A model generated the notes under the pieces. It was not told where the DNA came from and made no database searches. It was given only the letters and a program-made list of their open reading frames with translations. A stretch of DNA of 32,000 nucleotides from Dictyoglomus thermophilum H-6-12 (GTDB lineage: Bacteria; Dictyoglomota; Dictyoglomia; Dictyoglomales; Dictyoglomaceae): assembly GCF_000020965.1 (NCBI RefSeq), contig NC_011297.1, forward strand, positions 664,387 through 696,386, in the 5' to 3' direction. A program made the translations under genes and the position numbers. Shown in pieces: positions 26,553 to 32,000 of the stretch. Positions within the stretch are counted from its first letter, which is position 1. Every line of letters begins with the position of its first letter.

Positions 26553-27128
26553 ATGAGGTGGACAAAGAGATATGTATCTTTTATTTTTATCTTCTTGCTT
26601 CTTATTTCTATAGTTGGGGCTCAGACTCAGTCTCAACCTCAAAGAAGGGCTTTTATGTCTCAAGAAGTGCAGTATTTGACAAGATTAATAAGAGACTTAA
26701 GAGAACTTGATAAGGATAAGAAGGTAACTATAACTAAAAGTCAAGCTCAAAAACTTATCCCTATACTTCAAGAGCTAGGTAAGGTAAGTGAATTACCTAA
26801 GAAAGAAGCCGATAAATTTATTAACCGTATTGAAGGTGTGCTTACAGATGCTCAATTAACCTATCTTGATAAGTTGCAAATAGAGAGACAAAAGAGATTA
26901 GAGGAGATGAGACAAAGAATGTCTCAACAACAATCTTCTGCTCAACAGCCTCAATTTAATCCCCAATGGAGAAATCAACAGAATTTTCAAATATCTGAGA
27001 AGGAAAGGCAGGAATTTCAAAAGTTTATGGATGCTTGGAGTAAAGGAAAACCTCTAAATCCCTTTTATCATTTATCCATCTATAAGAAACAACTTAATGA
27101 TCTTATTGATTACTTGAAGAAAAAATAA
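26553..27128 (+). CDS. Spy/CpxP-like (LTxxQ-type) periplasmic protein with Q-rich linker
   Basis: Signal peptide, helical body, 'LTDAQLTYLDKLQIERQKRLEEMRQRMSQQQSSAQQPQ'. Confidence 0.55.
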   Translation: MRWTKRYVSFIFIFLLLISIVGAQTQSQPQRRAFMSQEVQYLTRLIRDLRELDKDKKVTITKSQAQKLIPILQELGKVSELPKKEADKFINRIEGVLTDAQLTYLDKLQIERQKRLEEMRQRMSQQQSSAQQPQFNPQWRNQQNFQISEKERQEFQKFMDAWSKGKPLNPFYHLSIYKKQLNDLIDYLKKK

Positions 27129-27178
27129 GAAAATCAAAAATAGATTAATTATTAGATTTAGAAGGGGGAGGTGATCTT

Positions 27179-28663
27179 GTGTATATTCTTGCCTTAGATC
27201 AGGGTACTACAAGTTCAAGGGCTATAATATTTGATTCTTTGGGGAATATAATAGGTGTGGCCCAAAAGGAATTTCCTCAGATTTTTCCAAAACCTGGTTG
27301 GGTGGAACACAATCCATGGGATATATGGAATTCTCAAAGGGAAGTAATGTTTGAAGCTATAGAAAAAGCAAAGATAAAGCCCAAAGAAATTTCTGCTATT
27401 GGAGTTACAAATCAGAGAGAGACTACTATTGTGTGGGATAAAGATACGGGACAACCAATACATAATGCTATTGTTTGGCAATGTAGAAGAACTGCAGATT
27501 ATTGTGAGAGATTAAAAAAAGATGGACTCTCAGAGCTTGTTAAAGAAAAGACTGGTCTGGTTATAGACGCATATTTTTCTAGTCCTAAGATAAAGTGGAT
27601 TCTTGATAATGTTCCTGAGGCAAGAAAAAAGGCAGAACAAGGAAAGCTACTTTTTGGTACTGTTGATACCTGGCTTATATGGAATTTAACGGGGAGAAAA
27701 GTTCATGCTACAGATTACACTAATGCCTCAAGGACTATGCTGTTTAACATAAAAAATTTAGATTGGGATGATGAACTTCTTGAAATAATGAACATTCCTC
27801 GTAATATGTTACCTAAACCTCTTCCTTCTAGTTATTTTTATGGTGTTTGCAATATATTTGAGGATGCAGAAATTCCTATAACAGGTATAGCAGGTGATCA
27901 ACAGGCTGCATTATTTGGACAGTGTGGCTTCGAAGAAGGCATTTTGAAGAATACTTATGGTACAGGATGTTTTATACTTCTTAATACTGGAAAAGATATC
28001 AAATATTCCTCAAAAGGTTTAATTACTACTGTAGCTTATGGAATTGGTGATGATGTGCATTATGCTCTTGAAGGTAGTGTGTTCATAGCAGGAGCTGTAA
28101 TTCAGTGGCTTCGAGATAATCTTGGAATTATTAAGAACTCTTCCGAAAGTGAAATTTTGGCAAAAATGGTAGAAGACAATGGTGGAGTATATTTTGTTCC
28201 CGCATTTGTAGGTCTTGGTGCACCTTATTGGGATATGTTTGCGAGAGGTTTGATTATTGGTATCACAAGAGGTGTAAAGAGAGAACATATTGTAAGAGCA
28301 GCTTTAGAATCTATAGCTTACCAGACTAATGATGTGATAGAGCTTATGGAAAGTGAAACAGGTATAAAAATAAAGGAGCTAAGAGTAGATGGAGGGGCTT
28401 CGGCAAACAATTTTCTTATGCAATTCCAGTCAGATATATCTAATTTAAAAGTTGTGAGACCTTATATTACCGAGACTACCTCTCTTGGTGCAGCTTTTCT
28501 GGCGGGTCTTAAAGTAGGCATATGGAAAGATCTCAATGAGATTAAGAGAATTTGGAGAGAAGAAAAGATATTTACTCCTGGTATGCCTGAAGAGAAAAGA
28601 AGATATTATTTAGCAAAGTGGAAAGAAGCCGTAACAAAAGCAAGAGGTTGGGAGAAAGAATAA
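27179..28663 (+). CDS. glpK: Glycerol kinase
   Basis: '[16 protein letters not shown]', '[31 protein letters not shown]', '[13 protein letters not shown]', '[11 protein letters not shown]', '[16 protein letters not shown]'. GTG start at 27179. Confidence 0.97.
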   Translation: MYILALDQGTTSSRAIIFDSLGNIIGVAQKEFPQIFPKPGWVEHNPWDIWNSQREVMFEAIEKAKIKPKEISAIGVTNQRETTIVWDKDTGQPIHNAIVWQCRRTADYCERLKKDGLSELVKEKTGLVIDAYFSSPKIKWILDNVPEARKKAEQGKLLFGTVDTWLIWNLTGRKVHATDYTNASRTMLFNIKNLDWDDELLEIMNIPRNMLPKPLPSSYFYGVCNIFEDAEIPITGIAGDQQAALFGQCGFEEGILKNTYGTGCFILLNTGKDIKYSSKGLITTVAYGIGDDVHYALEGSVFIAGAVIQWLRDNLGIIKNSSESEILAKMVEDNGGVYFVPAFVGLGAPYWDMFARGLIIGITRGVKREHIVRAALESIAYQTNDVIELMESETGIKIKELRVDGGASANNFLMQFQSDISNLKVVRPYITETTSLGAAFLAGLKVGIWKDLNEIKRIWREEKIFTPGMPEEKRRYYLAKWKEAVTKARGWEKE

Positions 28664-28753
28664 AAATTTTGGAAATAAAAGATAAGGAAGATATGTCTAA
28701 TTTAGATGTAGATGGGAAGTGGTAATTAAGGCTGAAGGGGAGGTATAGAAAAA

Positions 28754-29365
28754 ATGAGAAAGATTATAAAGATATTTGCAGTAATCTTAGTTATATTAGT
28801 GATGTTTTTAAGTTTTTCATACGCTTCTCCTTTTAGAGGTAATCCTCTGATATTAAAGGAGAGAACAAGATTGCAATTTTCTCAAGAATATAGAAATCTG
28901 ATTAGAGAAAGAGATCGAATTGAGGCTCAGATTCAACTTCTTTTGAGAAGTGGAAAAGTAGATTCTGAAGAGCTTCAAAAATATTTGGGAAAGTTAAAGG
29001 ATTTGGATGACAAAATCTATACAAAATTTAAAAAAGATCTTATAGATGATCTTTCTAAGGTTTTAAAACTAAAAGAAGAACAAATACAGAAAGTAGAAGA
29101 TTTACTAAATAAATACTTAGATGAGATTAGAAATTTGAGAATACAATTGCGAGATAAAAACTTAGAGATGAGAACTTTGGAAGAAAATCAGCAGGATAGG
29201 CAGAAAGAGCTTAGGGAGGAAATATATAAGATAAAAAATGAAATAAGGGATAAGCAGAAGACAATGTTCAAAGAATTAAAGCAGGTACTTGATCAGGAAC
29301 AATTTAGAATTCTTGTAAGATTAATGCAGAGATATAATATAAGGATAAGAATTAAGGTGTTTTAA
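28754..29365 (+). CDS. Periplasmic helical Spy-like protein adjacent to ECF sigma operon
   Basis: Signal peptide MRKIIKIFAVILVILVMFLSFSYA, heptad/charged helices, 'LKEEQIQKVEDLLNKY' and 'LDQEQFRILVRLM'. Confidence 0.5.
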   Translation: MRKIIKIFAVILVILVMFLSFSYASPFRGNPLILKERTRLQFSQEYRNLIRERDRIEAQIQLLLRSGKVDSEELQKYLGKLKDLDDKIYTKFKKDLIDDLSKVLKLKEEQIQKVEDLLNKYLDEIRNLRIQLRDKNLEMRTLEENQQDRQKELREEIYKIKNEIRDKQKTMFKELKQVLDQEQFRILVRLMQRYNIRIRIKVF

Positions 29366-29392
29366 ATTATTAGGAAAGCAAAGGAGAATATT

Positions 29393-30064
29393 ATGGAGAA
29401 GAGTATAATCAATATAATTAAAGGAAAATACCCCCTTTCAAGTCATACCTCCCAGCCGTCTCCCCTTGGCTGGGAGGAAAAGAATAAATTTTCTGATCAA
29501 TCTTTAATCTCTCTAATAAAAAATGGTGATAAAGAGGCTTTTAATATATTGGTAAAGCGATATGAAAAAAAGGTTTTAAATATTCTTTATCTCCAACTTG
29601 GTAATATTCCTGATCTTGAAGATCTTGCTCAAGAAGTTTTTATTAAAGTTTTCAAGAACTTAAATAGATTTAGAGGTGAGGCAAAATTTTCCACATGGAT
29701 CTATAGGATTACTATAAATGTTGCTCACGATTACAAAAGAAAATTTAAAGAAAGTTATTCCTTAGATGAACCCATAGGAGAAGACGAAGAAGACACTTTT
29801 GAAAAGGTTATATCGAGTGATGAAGAAGATCCACTCTCTATTGTGGAGAAAGAAGATATAAAGAAAAAATTACATAAACTAATAAAAGAGCTTCCTAAAG
29901 AATATCAGGAAGTTTTAATTTTGAGAGAATATGAGGGTCTGTCTTATGAAGAAATATCCGAAATTCTTAGGTGTCCTATCGGTACTGTAGAGTCTCGCCT
30001 TTATAGAGCAAGAAAGGAGCTGAAAGAGAAATTGTTGAAGGAAGTAGGGAATTATGCATTGTAA
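29393..30064 (+). CDS. ECF sigma factor (sigma70 region 2 and region 4), with unusual N-terminal extension
   Basis: 'LIKNGDKEAFNILVKRYEKKVLNILY', 'EDLAQEVFIKVFKNLNRFRGEAKFSTWIYRITINVAHD', 'LPKEYQEVLILREYEGLSYEEISEILRCPIGTVESRLYRARKEL'. RBS AAAGGAG precedes the ATG. Confidence 0.95.
   Translation: MEKSIINIIKGKYPLSSHTSQPSPLGWEEKNKFSDQSLISLIKNGDKEAFNILVKRYEKKVLNILYLQLGNIPDLEDLAQEVFIKVFKNLNRFRGEAKFSTWIYRITINVAHDYKRKFKESYSLDEPIGEDEEDTFEKVISSDEEDPLSIVEKEDIKKKLHKLIKELPKEYQEVLILREYEGLSYEEISEILRCPIGTVESRLYRARKELKEKLLKEVGNYAL
29448..29477. repeat. Perfect 10-bp inverted repeat (GC-rich hairpin) within ECF sigma coding sequence
   Basis: CCTCCCAGCC (29448-29457), loop GTCTCCCCTT, GGCTGGGAGG (29468-29477). 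Confidence 0.95.
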
Positions 30065-30497
30065 AGAAGTTAAAAGACTTCTCTCTGCATATATAGATGG
30101 AGAAATTTCTCCTGAGAAAAAAGGAGAAATTGAGGAGCATCTTTCTTATTGTATTGATTGTAAGAAGGAGCTCATACTTCTGGAGAGATTAATAAAAGAA
30201 ATTCATAATATTCCCGAAATGGTGCCTTCGGAGGATTTTAGTGAGAAATTATGGATAAAAATGACTCTTGAAGGAGAGAAAGATGGATCTTTTAGTATTT
30301 GGAAGAGAATTTTTATTGTTTTAGGTACTGCCGTGGTATTTTTAGGGCTAATCTTTATTATTCAAAATTACATTAATCAGTTTTTGAATAAGCAAAACAA
30401 TAATATTTATATATATTATGAGTTGCATGGAAAAATGACAAATTCTACTTTTACCCGTGAGAACAATCTAGTTGATTTAGTATTATTTAGAGAATAA
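30054..30497 (+). CDS. Anti-sigma factor with N-terminal zinc finger (zf-HC2/ZAS-like) and one TM helix
   Basis: 'HCKEVKRLLSAYIDGEISPEKKGEIEEHLSYCIDCKKEL' then TM 'IFIVLGTAVVFLGLIFIIQ'. Overlaps the sigma gene end by 11 bp. Confidence 0.9.
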   Translation: MHCKEVKRLLSAYIDGEISPEKKGEIEEHLSYCIDCKKELILLERLIKEIHNIPEMVPSEDFSEKLWIKMTLEGEKDGSFSIWKRIFIVLGTAVVFLGLIFIIQNYINQFLNKQNNNIYIYYELHGKMTNSTFTRENNLVDLVLFRE

Positions 30498-30499
30498 CA

Positions 30500-31492
30500 A
30501 TGTATAAGTCACTTTTCTTTCTTTTAATTATACTCTTTGTCGTCTTAACCTTTGCTGTTGAACCTATGGAGATTATTAAAAACTATGCATTAAACAGTGG
30601 TAGGATTCCCTATGAAGGAATAGAAGTTTCTATTTTATTTGCTAAACCTGATTTTCCAAGAACAAGTACGGTTAGGGTTATTGCTAATGGAAAATATGTT
30701 GTCAGAAGAGATTATCTTTCTCCCCCTTTTATGTTGGGAAAGATCAACATAGATAACGGGAAATTTCAATATGACTTTGATCCCAAGAAAAATTTGGTAA
30801 GAATCTCTCCTTCGAGTAATGCTTTTTTAAACAGGGATGAGATAAATCAGCGAATAAACCTTATTAGAAGGAATTTTTATGCAAAATTAGAGGGAGAAGA
30901 GGTATATCTTGGAAGAAAAGTATATGTGTTATCAGTCACTTCTGTGTATACAAAGAAGTTGGTTTTAAAACTTTGGATTGACAAAGATAAATACGTTCCT
31001 TTGAGAATAGATAAATATAATGGAGATGGTATTTTGGTGGGAAGGGTAATGTTTGTTGAAATTAACTTTAATCCTAAGATATCTGATGAGCTATTTGATT
31101 TAAATATTCTCAAGGATAAAGATGTAAAAATAGAAGAAACGAGGTTGAAAGAAGAAAAATTAGAGAATATAGATGTACCATTGAATTTTCCTTTAGGATA
31201 TTCTCTCATTAAACATTACACCCTATGGGAGAAAGAAGACAGATTTACTCACTATTTTAAATACACCGATGGGTTGAATGATGCCTCTTTATTTAAAGGT
31301 TTGATGCCTTTTAATCTTCCTGGTAAGCCTGTAAATATAGATGATTTTCATGTTTTTTATGATTCTAACATCCTATGGAAATCCATTTCTTGGTTAGATG
31401 GAGATAGATTTTTCTTGTTAATAGGTGATTTTCCAAAAGATTATTTAAATAAAATAATTAGTGCTTTTGTAAAACCTTCTGTTATTAAGTAA
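30500..31492 (+). CDS. MucB/RseB-like periplasmic sigma-regulatory protein
   Basis: Signal peptide; 'YEGIEVSILFAKPDFPRTSTVRVIANGKYVVRR', 'LVLKLWIDKDKYVPLRIDKYNGDGILVGRVMFVEINFNP', C-terminal '...GDRFFLLIGDFPKDYL'. Follows the anti-sigma gene. Confidence 0.75.
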   Translation: MYKSLFFLLIILFVVLTFAVEPMEIIKNYALNSGRIPYEGIEVSILFAKPDFPRTSTVRVIANGKYVVRRDYLSPPFMLGKINIDNGKFQYDFDPKKNLVRISPSSNAFLNRDEINQRINLIRRNFYAKLEGEEVYLGRKVYVLSVTSVYTKKLVLKLWIDKDKYVPLRIDKYNGDGILVGRVMFVEINFNPKISDELFDLNILKDKDVKIEETRLKEEKLENIDVPLNFPLGYSLIKHYTLWEKEDRFTHYFKYTDGLNDASLFKGLMPFNLPGKPVNIDDFHVFYDSNILWKSISWLDGDRFFLLIGDFPKDYLNKIISAFVKPSVIK

Positions 31493-32000
31493 AAAGTTCT
31501 TAAGAAAGCAGTTGTTTGAGCAACTTTTACATTCTCTTTTTCCGTGTTCTACGATTAGGGCGTGATACTCCTGAAAGAGTTGATAGATAGGGAAAAGAGA
31601 CTTGTGAAATATTTCTTGCCATTCATTATAGGATAAGTTAAGTTTACCTATCTCTAAACAAGTAAAAATTTTTTTTGTATAGTTATCTATCACAAAAAGA
31701 GGTCTGTTAAAGACGTAAAGGAGTATTGAGTCTACAGTTTCTTTACCTAAACCGTTTATTTTAAGTAGTTCTTCTCTTAACTCTTTTGTTGATTTTTTAT
31801 TCATAGAGATAAGATCTCCCTTATATTTTTCCACAAAGTACTTGAGGAAATTTTTTAGTCTTTTTGCTTTTATTTTGTAGAAACCCACAGGCCTTATTAA
31901 TATTGATAGTTTCTCTTCGTCTAAGGAATAAAGTTTAAATGGATCAAGAAGATGCTCCTCCTTTAGGTTTTTTATAGCTTTTTCCACATTTCTCCAGTTT
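31445..32000 (-). CDS. HhH-GPD DNA glycosylase, endonuclease III/MagIII-like, N-terminus beyond window
   Basis: 'ELLKINGLGKETVDSILLYVFNRPLFVIDNYTKKIF' HhH-GPD; 'HGKRECKSCSNNC'. Frame stays open to the window edge (reads NWRN-VEKAIKNL), so GTG at 31987 is probably not the true start. Confidence 0.85.
   Translation of the reverse strand, partial: NWRNVEKAIKNLKEEHLLDPFKLYSLDEEKLSILIRPVGFYKIKAKRLKNFLKYFVEKYKGDLISMNKKSTKELREELLKINGLGKETVDSILLYVFNRPLFVIDNYTKKIFTCLEIGKLNLSYNEWQEIFHKSLFPIYQLFQEYHALIVEHGKRECKSCSNNCFLKNFLLNNRRFYKSTNYFI

Noticed and set aside
28671-28698. GGAAAT...GTCTAA resembling an ECF autoregulatory promoter upstream of the stress operon
   Set aside because: Spacing is a few nucleotides too long for typical ECF promoters and the match is weak; needs TSS mapping.
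28693-28725. Tiny ORF MSNLDVDGKW* preceded by AGGAAG, upstream of the Spy-like gene
   Set aside because: Ten codons in an AT-rich gap can occur by chance; no leader/attenuator hairpin seen. Conservation across relatives would be needed.
29472-29500. Possible internal translation start for the ECF sigma after GGGAGG in the hairpin
   Set aside because: No in-frame ATG/GTG/TTG lies at a usable distance downstream; ATG 29393 has a good AAAGGAG site.
1-32000. Search for CRISPR arrays, transposases, phage genes, toxin-antitoxin or restriction genes
   Set aside because: None recognizable on reading; the window is a compact chromosomal core-like region apart from the single hairpin element.

Overview
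AT-rich, densely packed bacterial chromosomal segment. Gene content, an archaeal-type ProRS and the diderm envelope genes suggest a thermophilic diderm, perhaps Dictyoglomus-like; this is inference. No phage, CRISPR or complete IS was seen. Blocks: (1) ~1-15.3 kb, + strand outer-membrane/lipid A locus: 5'-truncated multi-POTRA Omp85, second compact Omp85-like protein, two Skp/OmpH-like proteins, lpxD, lpxC, fabZ, lpxA, lpxB, an LpxB-like paralog, MsbA-type ABC exporter, Gfo/Idh/MocA dehydrogenase, TPR protein, LptB-like ATPase, DUF3084 protein. (2) 15.3-20.7 kb: proS, dut, EF-G-like GTPase, DUF951, proB, ending in a palindromic terminator. (3) tRNA-Ala(CGC) on the - strand, divergent from (4) a MacAB-like operon with two tandem TolC-family genes and a Spy-like protein, then glpK, a second Spy-like protein, an ECF sigma, a zinc-finger anti-sigma and a MucB/RseB-like protein. 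A 3'-overlapping convergent HhH-GPD glycosylase runs off the right edge. Most unusual signals: a short TolC paralog that seems to lack the beta-barrel segments, a GC-rich perfect hairpin embedded in the 5' coding region of the ECF sigma gene, an Omp85 with about 7 POTRA-like units, and a tandem LpxB paralog in the lipid A locus. I cannot claim a proven new system from sequence alone.
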